DNA of 61,733 bases, counting the filler, from Sphacelaria rigidula (lineage: Eukaryota): assembly GCA_964200075.2 (NCBI GenBank). It is 10 parts of 10 records of this genome, joined end to end, with 100 filler letters (N's around TTAATTAATTAA, not from the genome) between each part and the next. Parts side by side here need not be neighbours in the genome. Positions count along the whole stretch, not along the records: positions 37,102 to 43,184 come from CAXNAA020022354.1; positions 43,285 to 49,367 come from CAXNAA020022355.1; positions 49,468 to 55,550 come from CAXNAA020022356.1; 7 more parts are not named here. One strand, written 5' to 3'. Each line of letters opens with the position of its first letter. The first letter of the stretch is position 1. Of this stretch, positions 39,433 to 50,236 are shown in pieces. A program made the position numbers and the translations under genes. Under the pieces are notes generated by a model. That model saw nothing but the letters and a program-made list of their open reading frames with translations. It had not been told where the DNA came from and did not search any database.

Positions 39433-39738
39433 AACAACGTGTTCGCGAGATTGAGAGTAAAGCGCTGATTGAGAGAGTGTCTTTGATCATTCGCCTTTAC
39501 GTAGCTTCATTGCATCCCGTGTGTGCTTTTCCTTGCCCCCATCACTGGCGTATGCTTGCAGCTACACGTCGATACCCCACTCGGGGATATCAAGGGTCCC
39601 AGTGGCAATCTGCTACTGCAGAAAAAGCATCTTGAGTCTCGTGGCGGGGCATTTCGGAATTGAAACGACTCATCCACTGATTGACCACTTTTCACTCTCA
39701 ATCGAATCCTCTACTCTCTATCTCACGAAAACATTGTT
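39433..39738. mobile_element. MITE with AACAA...TTGTT termini; another partial copy at ~49228-49367
   Basis: aacaacgtgttcgcgagattgagagta vs reverse complement of the right end aacaatgttttcgtgagatagagagta. Confidence 0.7.
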
Positions 39739-39857
39739 GGTGGTCGACTGAGTTTGTTTGACGTGAGTTGACGCGGTTGCGAGAACGTTAGTCATGATCC
39801 AATCCGCGAGACCAACATGCAAGGCGTGTACCGGGGGAGAGATGGGTTGATCCCTTG

Positions 39858-40118
39858 CACGGTTAGGACAAATCACCACGACTCAAAACGACCAAATTTA
39901 CGATTTCTTCGGCCTGATTGCCCAAAAGGGGAAAAAAAAAAAGTTCATCGCTGGTCCAAGGGGTATCCACGCAACTTTTGCGCCATTCCACGTGTCTGGA
40001 CTGCGTGTGCCTGGGTTGCACCGCTGAAAACAAAGCCTGGGGATTGATTCGTCAAGAATCGATTCATCATACTAAAACCAAGTGATTTCCCAACGAATCA
40101 TTATTTGTCCGATCCTTG
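39858..40118. mobile_element. hAT-type MITE with 8-bp TSD ATCCCTTG
   Basis: atcccttg-CACGGTTAGGACAAAT ... ATTTGTCCGATCCTTG-atcccttg. Confidence 0.8.
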
Positions 40119-41769
40119 ATCCCTTGGGACTCGTAGACCACGGACTCGTCCCGAGAAAGGGGAGATGTTCAAAGTGCGACACATAAATACATGATATTAT
40201 AAAATAGTGTGTTGTGTGTGTTGTCATCCTAGCTATATTCTGGACTCCAGCCTACACCTTTTGATGTATGTGGGCGCATCGGCCGAGGCCGCACAGCAGG
40301 GAGTCATCATACACGTTTGCTTTTTTTTTCTCTCGTTTTGGTACTCCCTCCACCATATTTTTTATCGTCTTTTTACGCCAGATGTCGTGGTGAGCAACAA
40401 CAGCAGATATATTACATTTGTTGCTCATATTCGGGTCTTTCATCAGGGTGTTCATCGATATATATGTCCCCATAATATGTTCGGCGCGAAATGAAAATTG
40501 TTTTTTTTTGTACATTTTGTGCCGCTCGTGACGCAGAAAATGACCGTCGGTTCACGTTATTATATCATTCAATGCAATATATTCTTTTCGAAAGGTGTAT
40601 CCGATGGGGCAGGGAGCCCGACTTCGGACGCATGCTGTAGCGGTCGGTATCACCTCAAGATGCCGCCATTTTTGCACAGCGGCGAAACGTTTCAGCAGCA
40701 AGCAGCCTAGACGACAGTTCACGCGATGCGCGTGCCGTATATCGAGCTAATTCGTTGAACTCCGAAGGTGTTCGAGATGAAGACCTTTGTTCTCACAGGG
40801 TTATCCACGTACCTGTGTATCCCGAATACGCAGCGGATGTTGTTCCGGCCCACCAAACGGTTTCCCAATTCTTTGTTGTTGCTGGGATTGGGATTTTTTT
40901 ATTTTCAGTTCTGAGAACCGCAGTAGCATACTGCAAACGAAAAAGCAGTGGATAATCTCTATTTTTCCCTCGACCGAAGGGCGTTTCCTAACAAATTCGT
41001 CCTTTACTACCATGAAACGTTATTCCCAACCATTGGAGAAAGTCAACATTTTCCTCTTCGATCATCACTATTTTTTCCCAGCCATTCTCCACACAAAATA
41101 TCGAGAAACAAGTACCGAAACTGGGCCGGTGAATGGCCTGCAAAATACTGTTCCGAATCTCGACCGGCCTAAGCTCTAAATCGCCCATTTTTCACCTCAA
41201 TTTCGAGAGTTGGACTTTCAAAATTGCGATGGAGAACTCAGAGGGCATATGATGAAAGAATGAATTCCGGGAAGTTGACGTCATCTTTTTTCATGACTAC
41301 TTACGGACAATACTTGATGTTTTTTTGTTGTTTCCCTTAACTCAAAAAAATCTGAACGTCTCAAATATCCTTCTCTTTGCTTTGTCCCGTGGATTCTGCA
41401 CACCGTATTTGGAAGCCCCACTCTCAAAATACGAGGGGAGAATGAGTCCCCACTGTAAAGATCCGCTTCTAGGCTGATCCGGCGAGAACACGACGTGCTC
41501 CGTCCCGGCTTTGTGGGGATGCGAGGTCAATGGCCTTACGACTATGGCATGCATGATCATGAGTACACCCCTATCGTAGCATGACTCGATGGCACACGTG
41601 GGGCGGTCCGAAGGTTCTTTTTTTTCAAACCTGAAATTCACCCCTTATTCTTGATGTTGTCGTATCAGGTCTACTCCGGACGGCTTCAACGATCAAGCGA
41701 TTCTGGCAGATATCTGCTCGGATCGGCTCACAAACGCCTCCCTCGATTTATTTCTCCGTGCTGCTTCAG

Positions 41770-41862
41770 CATGGGAGGCTTAACGCCACGGAGAGCATCG
41801 AGCTCACCCGCTCCGTGCTCTTTTACGGTCGCACGAACATGCTCGAGACGTGGCTCACCGAG
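41770..41862 (+). CDS. Single exon of a clathrin heavy chain-like gene
   Basis: HGRLNATESIELTRSVLFYGRTNMLETWLTE resembles the CHC linker motif GxLNxxESxELxRPVLxQGRxxLLExWLxEDKL; preceded by a pyrimidine tract and CAG, followed by a putative GC donor (GCACGT). Confidence 0.75.
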
Positions 41863-42009
41863 GCACGTTTGTTTGTCTTGAGGATTTTCACCATCTTTTT
41901 ACGTCGCTGTGATTCGCGGTCAGAAGTACGTGGTGACCTATATACGTCCGGGCAAAACGACCAGATTTTCGTTTTGTGCCCGGAGGACAGGAATGTCTAC
42001 ACCTGGTGA

Positions 42010-42199
42010 GGCCCTGTCTTAGAACATCAGTTTTCGATCGAAAAAGTGCGGTGGAAAACAAAAATCCTAACCTAATAGGTCATGATTTCAACCATATTCA
42101 AAATTAACGACGATGGTTGAAATTACGACCTATCAGATCGGGATGTTTTGCTTTCCACCGCACAATTTCAATCGAAAATCAATGTGCTAAGACAGAGCC
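42010..42199. mobile_element. Fully palindromic PIF/Harbinger (Tourist-like) MITE, TSD TGA
   Basis: tga-GGCCCTGTCTTAG ... CTAAGACAGAGCC-tga; arms pair almost to the centre. Confidence 0.8.
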
Positions 42200-42532
42200 T
42201 GATGCGAGTCGATCGGCTGAGGAAAATGTCGAGCCATGGCCTCGTAATTACAATGGTGAAAGGAAGTTGCCGTTCCGAGGGATAAAGGGGCAGATCCGGT
42301 AAGATTTTACGGACTACAGAGTAGTCCTCCTGCAGTACACGTGCAGGTACATGATAAGCCGGGTATACGGTTACGTGAGACTTGATCATGGGATACTCTC
42401 TGAAGTATGACTATTCTATGACTACCTGGCATATGAGGTGTGTGCAGTTGGGAAAAGATCACTTCTGGTTTTAACGAAGACAGCTGTTTGTGTAACTGCT
42501 CGAGTCTTGAAGTCTCAGGAGCCCTTGATAGG

Positions 42533-42789
42533 GAGTGATGCTACGGTAGGGGTAACACAAGTATTTTCTGAGATGAGAATTGTTAGGAGTCCGTTATCTC
42601 ATCCAACACACGACATATAAAAGTATGCGAGAGGGCGCCAGGATCTTTGTTCCAATGTGCTGGGGATATCCCGAATACATCTGCAAACGGGGATGCCCTG
42701 ACCCATATTCTTGTGCGTCTAGAATTGTGAGGAGCCCCTGAACCAGACGAAATTTCGCGAAAAAGTGCACCCCTACCGTAGCATTGCTC
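42533..42789. mobile_element. Sola-like MITE, TSD TAGG
   Basis: tagg-GAGTGATGCTACGGTAGGGG ... CCCCTACCGTAGCATTGCTC-tagg. Confidence 0.8.
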
Positions 42790-44099
42790 TAGGGAGGAAG
42801 CCTCTGGAGCGGCACTGTGACCTGGCTCTGATTTCAGACAAGTTTACATACAGGACGCATTTCTCGAGAAGGGAATAGTTACATGAACAGGTCCATAGAT
42901 CCCATGGTTGAACATCTTCTTTGCCAACTCCTAACCCTAACCCTGATCGTAAACCTATAACCCCAATCTCACCCCCAAGGCATGCTCGGGCCCCCTCTGG
43001 CTGGGGGGAGGAGGGGGCGTACTCATCTGTTGCTTGCCTTAGTCGTTTGACCATTGACCGTGCATCCCTTTCGAGACGAAGCACCGCAGGAGGGGGGGGG
43101 GGGGGGGGGGACTCCGCTGGCCGGGACGCCCCCTTCGCGGGCCGGCCAAGCAGACACACCTCCTGGAGCTCTCCGGGGGGCCCCNNNNNNNNNNNNNNNN
43201 NNNNNNNNNNNNNNNNNNNNNNNNNNNNTTAATTAATTAANNNNNNNNNNNNNNNNNNNNNNNNNNNNNNNNNNNNNNNNNNNNGCGAGTCGCATGAAGG
43301 GTGAGCTGCATCCTGCTACGATTTTTCGGCCCGAAGCCTACTGATAATCTTGCATTCGGATGACAGCCTCCAATGCGTTGCTTTATTTCCTGGTATCGCC
43401 ACTTCCAGAGCCAGCCACGGCTTATACACTGCCTCATGGATGTCTCACCATGTAAACACTACGTAGTACGATCATCCCCATTGTTGAGTTGAGGTTCTCC
43501 CACGCCGCACAACATGATCTAGCTCGACTACCATGAATATTACCGCAAAAAAAACGCAATCGCGCGCAAAAAAACGGTGACTTGGTTGCCTAGCTTACGC
43601 AGTGAGCGGCTTGTTTTATAGCGCTATTGCCAACCGACGCCAACCCCATCGGGGTTCCGCCCCTACCAAGCCGGGACGGAGCACGCCGGGTTCTCCCCGG
43701 ACCAGGCTGGAGGGGGGAGGGGGGGGGGGGGAACGTAGAATTTTGAAGGGGTTTTGGTCAGAACCTCCTGTTTAAAAAAAAAATTTAAACCCATAAATAA
43801 AANNNNNNNNNNGGCGCCGGGGGGGCGGGGGGGGGGGGGGGGGGGGGGGGGGGGTACGTAGGATTTTGCAGGGTTTTTTGTCAGGCACTCCTGTGTCATC
43901 CAAGACTTTTAGCTCCTCAATGTGAGGGGTCACATTTTCTACAATTTCCCACAATATTGAAGGAAAAACAAGCCAAATACCGCAATTTTTCTCGCCTCCG
44001 GCAGCGCTCCCGCGGGCCCCCCTTACGAGCCGGGGGGGGCCGTTGGCGCGGCCAGATTAAGCTTAACTGGCCAGAGCAGCCAGTTCACAGCCCTACTAA

Positions 44100-44885
44100 T
44101 TATCCATCTCAAGATATGGCGAACGTAAGATTCAAAACTAGAAACGATGTATTACGAGCGAAGGAACTACATGAGGCAGTAAATGCACAGCAACTGGATT
44201 TCGCGCCTCAGCTTTTGAGGGTTGTGCTTTGAAATTTGGTATGGAGAATCGTTAGGGTATAATGAAAGAAATATTCGGCTTTGAAAAAATACGTATTTTT
44301 ATTTTTGTTCGTTTTGGCCCCTTCTCTCAGTTTTTCAGCTCAATTATTGGAACCGTGGTTGGAACTTAGCATGTAGAATCGCAAAGGCATGCTGAAAAAA
44401 GACCTTCCGTTCTTCGAGGAGGGGGTAAGGGCGTTCTCATGAAAAAATGGTCCTTACTATACTCAAACGTCCCAACCTAGTGAAGAAAAAAAGACCAACA
44501 ACCTCTCGTACTTTTTTTGGTTCATTTTGCCCTCGCGAGGCCCCACACGATATTTTAAAACACGAGTACCAAGCCTCGGCTGGTGAGTGACCTGCAAAAT
44601 GCTATTCCGAATTTCGACCGGCCCGGTTTCTCAATCACCCCGCTTCACCTCAGTTTTTAGAGTTGAACTCTCAATCTTGGTACAAAAAATAAACAGGGCA
44701 TAAAAAAAAAAATCTGAACGGTAAGCTTTTTTTCTTTTCCATGAGTTAAAAGGCAATTATCACTCAACAGTTTTAAGTGAAATGCCATTAACTCATGGAC
44801 AAAAAACTCCCTGACCGTCCGGATTTTTTTCCATCACTATGCCCCGTTTATTGTCCGTACGAAATTTAAAAGTTTGACTCCCAAA
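44100..44885. repeat. Non-coding TE-derived repeat with internal fold-back; related to ~41000-41340 and ~24740-25010
   Basis: Shared catgagttaa..ggcaat...aatgcc.t.aactcatg hairpin and ttcacctca.ttt..agagttg motif. Confidence 0.55.
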
Positions 44886-45214
44886 TTGACGTGAGGCGGT
44901 GCCTGCAAACTACAAATCTACGTCTAGGCCGGATCAGCCCGTATGAACGCCTCACGTACCAACCTGCAAAACACAAGAGTGTGCACCAGGGCATGTGAGC
45001 GGCATAAGGTTGGTCCAATATTTCGCCCATAAATGCCCATCTTATGGATACCGTATCTGCGTGACAATAACCGAGTCGTAAGTGCAGCAGCATCATTTTT
45101 CAAGCGCAATGTTTCCCTCCCCACCCCCCTCTCTCCCCCTCCCTGACCCACTGAATCGACGCCGTCCATTTGTCCTGCGCCACAGCGACTCTTGCTTGAC
45201 TTCGTTGTGATGCT

Positions 45215-47689
45215 ATGGTCCTACGCCACGCCACCGAGGCCGCGAAACGCGCGATTCGGGCAATCAACCGATTTTCAGGGGGGGTGCGCAGCGCCGGTTG
45301 CACCCCGTTTTCCCGAGCTCCACTGTCGTCCTCGTCCGCTACAGATGGGATCGAAAAAACGACGATTGCAGGAAACAGACAGACACGAGGCTGGGGAAGG
45401 GACGGTCAGAGTTGGTACAAGAAGGGAGGGAAGCAAGGGCAGGGTAGAAGGGTGGATGGGCAGCAGGCAACCCACCGGATGTCTCCTGCTGCCTTTGAGA
45501 TCCATAAGGCCTACATGACAAGGTTGAAGCTGGCAGGAGCGCGGCGGAACTGGAAGGATGCGAGAGAAATCTTGAAGGAAGCTATGGCTCGTGACGACGC
45601 CGGATTAGTTGTGAACAGATATGTATACGCTGCTGCACTGGACGCAGCAGCGCGGTGCAGCAAGTGGAAGGGGGCGCTTGCGATAATGTCAGCGATGAGA
45701 GAAAACGGGGTGCATCCAAATGTTGTAGCGTACAACACGACGATTAAGGCATGTGGGTATGGTAGGCAGTGGCGGGAGGCCGTACGCGTGTTGAGGGAGA
45801 TGAAGACGGAGGGTGTAAACCCCGATATCGTGAGCTATAGCACAACGATTACGGCATGCGGGGAGAGTGGACAGTGGGTGGAGGCCATGGGTCTGTTTAG
45901 AGAGATGAGGAACGAGGGTGTAACGCCTAATATCGTGAGTTATAACGCAATTATTAAGGCTTGCGGCACGAGTGGGCAGTGGGAAAAGGCTGCGGATCTC
46001 CTAAGGGAGATGCGGAGAGAGGGCTTGACTCCTGATGTCGTGAGCTTCAACTCAGTCATTGCTGCCTATAGAGAAGGTGACCGATGGCAGGATGCCATTG
46101 CGCTACTCAACGAGATGCGTGAAGAGGGTGTAACTCCCAATGTCGTGAGCTACACCTCGGCGATAACAGCGTGCGCAGGTGGACAGTGGGAGGAGGCCAT
46201 GGACCTTTTCGAGAAAATGCAAAGAGAGGGTATCGCGCCGGATGTCGTAAGCTACAGCTCGGCTATCACAGCATGTGGAAACGGCGGGCAGGCGAAGCAG
46301 GCCGTCGAATTGTTACGGAAAATGCAGAGAGAGGGCGTATTTCCCAACACAGTCACGTATAACGCGGCCATCAAAGCCTGTGGAAACACTGGACAGTGGG
46401 AGGATGCCATGAGTCTCTTGAAGGAGATGCAGAGGGAGGGTATACCCCCCGACGTGGTGAGCTACAACTCAATTATCACAGCGTGCGGGGAAGGCGGGCA
46501 ATGGGAAAAGGCCACGAATGTCTTGAGGGAAATGTCAAGAAACCTCATCACCCCCGATGCCGTGAGCTACAATGCGGCTATAAAGGCGTGCGGAGAAAGC
46601 GGGCAGTGGGAGCTGGCTATTGGTCTCTTCAGGGAAATGCAAAGAGAGGGCGTGACTCCAGATGTTGTCAGCTACAGCTCGGTCGTCACGGCGTGCGGAA
46701 AGGGCAGGCAATGGGAGAAATCTATCGATTTGTTGAGGGAGATGCAAGCGGGGGGGGTGGCGCCCAATGTCGTGACCTACACAGCGGCTATTGCAGCATG
46801 TGGGGAAAGCGGACAGTGGGAACAGGCTTTGTCCCTTCTGAGGGAAATGCGGAAGGAGGGAATCTCTCCCGAAGTGGTGAGCTATAACTCGGCCATCGCA
46901 GCGTGTGCAGCAGGGGGGCAGTGGGAGGGTGCCATCGATTTGTTGCGAGAAATGCGGCGAGAGGGCGTCGCTCCCGACGTTGTGAGCTACAACTCGACAA
47001 TCACATCTTGTGGACTCGGAGGGCAATGGGAAGAGTCCGTAGGTCTGCTAGGAGAAATGCAACGAGAAGGTGTAAGGCCTGACATCGTGAGCTACACGTC
47101 GGCGATAAAAGCATGTGGAGATAGTGGGCGATGGCAAGAGGCGGTCCTTCTGCTGAGGGAAATGCAGATGAATGGTGTGTCCCCGAATGTTGTCAGCTAT
47201 AACCTGGCAATCAAGGCCTGCAGAAATGGCAGGCAATGGGAGGAGGCCATGAATTTGTATAGAGAGATGAAGAAGGAAGGTGTTTCCCCCGATGTCGTGA
47301 GCTACCACTCGGCCATCACAGCGTGTGGAAATATTCACCAGTGGCAGGAGGCCATGGCTGTATTGCGGGAGATGCAGCGAGACGACGGCGTATCGCCCGA
47401 TGTCATGAGCTACAACTCGGCCATAGAAGCGTGCAGAAAAGGCGGACAATGGGAGGAGGCTACGGGCATGCTGAGGGAAATGCAGAGTTCAGGCCTTGCG
47501 CCTGATATCGTTAGCTACAACTTGGCCATTGTTGCGTGTGTCGATGCACAGCAATGGAAAGAGGCTGTAGGTTTGTTGACAGAGATGCGCAGGGAGGGTG
47601 TTGTAGTTCCTGATATTCGCACGTACAATGCGGTCATTCGCTCACTGCGCGTGCCGCGGCCCTCGCCACGGCAGGTTGAAGTTTGCTAG
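45215..47689 (+). CDS. Intronless P-type pentatricopeptide repeat protein (824 aa, about 19 full 35-aa repeats plus degenerate ends), probably organelle-targeted
   Basis: Uninterrupted ORF; repeat consensus VVSYNSAIxACGxxGQWExAxxLLREMxREGVxPD; Arg/Ser/Ala-rich N-terminus; no E/DYW or SMR extension visible. Confidence 0.96.
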   Translation: MVLRHATEAAKRAIRAINRFSGGVRSAGCTPFSRAPLSSSSATDGIEKTTIAGNRQTRGWGRDGQSWYKKGGKQGQGRRVDGQQATHRMSPAAFEIHKAYMTRLKLAGARRNWKDAREILKEAMARDDAGLVVNRYVYAAALDAAARCSKWKGALAIMSAMRENGVHPNVVAYNTTIKACGYGRQWREAVRVLREMKTEGVNPDIVSYSTTITACGESGQWVEAMGLFREMRNEGVTPNIVSYNAIIKACGTSGQWEKAADLLREMRREGLTPDVVSFNSVIAAYREGDRWQDAIALLNEMREEGVTPNVVSYTSAITACAGGQWEEAMDLFEKMQREGIAPDVVSYSSAITACGNGGQAKQAVELLRKMQREGVFPNTVTYNAAIKACGNTGQWEDAMSLLKEMQREGIPPDVVSYNSIITACGEGGQWEKATNVLREMSRNLITPDAVSYNAAIKACGESGQWELAIGLFREMQREGVTPDVVSYSSVVTACGKGRQWEKSIDLLREMQAGGVAPNVVTYTAAIAACGESGQWEQALSLLREMRKEGISPEVVSYNSAIAACAAGGQWEGAIDLLREMRREGVAPDVVSYNSTITSCGLGGQWEESVGLLGEMQREGVRPDIVSYTSAIKACGDSGRWQEAVLLLREMQMNGVSPNVVSYNLAIKACRNGRQWEEAMNLYREMKKEGVSPDVVSYHSAITACGNIHQWQEAMAVLREMQRDDGVSPDVMSYNSAIEACRKGGQWEEATGMLREMQSSGLAPDIVSYNLAIVACVDAQQWKEAVGLLTEMRREGVVVPDIRTYNAVIRSLRVPRPSPRQVEVC

Positions 47690-48227
47690 TACCTCTTGTA
47701 TATATGTGCGTGAGCTGCCCTCTGGGCCCCCATCCTCGGAGATTTGTAGGAAGTCTTTGGTATGGCGTTGGCGAGCGAACTGTTGCCAGTCTCGATTCGC
47801 GCGAAATTCGCGACACATCCATATCACTGACCGGTCAACATATCTAGTGCACAGTGTAGCGACGATACCAGTCAATGTCTACTCGTTTCCCCTGAAGCTC
47901 ACCGTCTACGTATCTCACTGACGTGGTCACTGTCCATTCGAGTTCGGTCCAGTCCAGTCCAGTGTCATGTTTCGTAGGCGAGAGCCCGGTGTACTTCGGT
48001 TGCTTGTCTTTGATGCAGGTGAAAAAATATGGAATAGCTACTACACACGAGTACCACACGTTGCTTACTTCAGAAATCCATCTTCTTGCCGTCTACGCAC
48101 TATCTGAAAAATGGCTGCTTTGTGATGTGGCTTTTCAACTGCCCTCAACAAGGTGTATATATACAGCAGCACTTGATCTAAGTACGTGGTGTTTTGATGA
48201 ACAAACTCAATTATTTTGTAAGGTGTA

Positions 48228-48790
48228 CCGTATGACTTGAGTACTGGAGCACTAAGTACTTGGATCATGTATTGCTAGTATTAGCGCTGGAATAGTTGAG
48301 TGGTCACCCTGTATCCAAGACAATAATAAAGCCAAAGGATTACTTCACTCACGAGCACGAAGAACACGGGATTTTACAAATTGGGGATGGATTCTTTATT
48401 TGAGAATGAGAACCCAAAGAACTAAAATTTTCTAATCCACACCAAACTAAAACTTCATATCAACACCAAATCTTCGAAACATATTTCCACTCCTTCACCT
48501 ACTGGAAGCTTTTGACAAACACTACACGCTATACAGATTTGGATCCTGATAACCGACATGTTGGGGTCCTAGGTGAAGGGACAATTTTGGGGAGTTTAGA
48601 TGATTCGATCAGATCGCCGAAAAAATTCCATCCTCGCTTTGCAAAATTCCGTGTTGTTCGTGCTCGTGAATGAAGTAGTTCTTTGGCTTTTTTAATGTCT
48701 TGGATACAGGGTGACCACTCAACTATTCGAGCGTCAATACTAGCAATACATGATCCAAGTACTTGGTGTTCCAGTACTCAAGTCATACTG
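48228..48790. mobile_element. Fold-back MITE with ~165-bp TIRs and TA TSD (Tc1/mariner-type)
   Basis: ta-CCGTATGACTTGAGTACTGGA... / ...TCCAGTACTCAAGTCATACTG-ta. Confidence 0.88.
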
Positions 48791-49969
48791 TAAATACGCA
48801 CACCGAACCCGAGTATGAAGTCTATGCTGTCAAGTCAATTAGCTCTGTTTTTTTGTCGGATACAGAGTGACCGCACTCTAGTCAAGTGTTTCATACTGGT
48901 TCAAGTGCTTCCTGAAGTTGGGGCACTGCAAAAATCATCTCGATGGAGATTAGACACGAGTGAGAAATTGCCAAAAAGAGGCCAGGATCACCAGAAAAGC
49001 GTGTAGTTTTTGATAAGGCTAGAGCTCCAGAGTGATGACGTACAACGTCCGTACACTATCAGTCACGCGAAATAAGAGGACTGGCGATGGGGAGTTGGTT
49101 CTGGACAAGCGCCAAGCGTTGCGTTGTGACCTAGTAAAACATTATTGATTGGTTGTCGGACGTTAACTGATCCCAGAGGGACCCAGCCATGGCTCAAAGA
49201 TGGAGGTACCCAAGCTGAACAATATACAACAATGTTTTCGTGAGATTGAGAGTAGATGATACCATTGAGAGTGAAAAGCGGTCAATCAGTGAATGACTCG
49301 TTTCAGTTCCGAAATGCACTTCCACGAGGCCCAATATGCTTTTTGCAATAGCTGGCCACTGAGGCCCNNNNNNNNNNNNNNNNNNNNNNNNNNNNNNNNN
49401 NNNNNNNNNNNTTAATTAATTAANNNNNNNNNNNNNNNNNNNNNNNNNNNNNNNNNNNNNNNNNNNNCGCTGTTTCTTGCATTGAAGTCGAATTCACGCC
49501 AAAAGACGTGTGCATACTAAAACCAAGTATTTAGGAGTTGCACGTTTCGAGCCCACGTCCTCCACAAACGCGCAAACTTTCACGCTGTCATTAGGAGTTA
49601 GATTCTGAAACTTCGCATAAATGTGCTATGTATCATTACGCAACTTCCTACGAACGCTGTTTAGTGTACTTCTTGATTTTTTCACCGTTTTTCGGGGGTC
49701 CGACGGGATCGAAGTCGTTTATCGAAGTAGTCTCTATTTTGAGACCCTAAAAAAACGGCACGACGATATTTGTTTTTCATTTTTTCGCGAACAATCTGTC
49801 TCCGCATAACCCAAGGATGGGCTTCACAAATTTCGTCGCAAACCTCGACCAATTGATGCTTGAATTTCCACGCTCACGTCAAAGAAGGCTAAAAAACGTC
49901 GTTTTGGTACTAAAATCAGGTAGTTTGCGGTTCCACCGGGGTACGGCAAACTTCATCGCACAAAGGTCA

Positions 49970-50236
49970 AAAACCTCACGCCGTTTCAAGGAGTTAGACC
50001 CTGAAATTTTGCACAACTATGCTTTGGGACATTACGCAACCTTCAGAGGAACGGGTTTTTTTACCGTTTTACGAGGGTCCGCTTGGGTCGAGGTTTCCCC
50101 CAAAAAACTGGGACCCCCGAAAAACGGTGAAAAAGTCAAGACATGAAAAAAAACGTTCCTCCAAAGTTGCATGATGACCCATAGAACATTCGTGCAAAAT
50201 TTCAGGGTCTAACTCCTTGAAACGGCGTGAGGTTTT
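49970..50236. repeat. Perfect ~45-bp inverted repeat inside a DNA-transposon-like end
   Basis: aaaacctcacgccgtttcaaggagttagaccctgaaattttgcac and its exact reverse complement at ~50192-50236. Confidence 0.85.

Larger units (their letters stand above)
39283..40182 (+). mobile_element. tRNA-derived SINE split by two MITE insertions
   Basis: Segments 39283-39432, 39739-39857 and 40127-40182 are collinear with the SINE at 4744-5056. Confidence 0.75.

Noticed and set aside
46171..47505. Overlapping and antisense ORFs in the PPR gene
   Set aside because: Shadows of the 105-bp coding periodicity.
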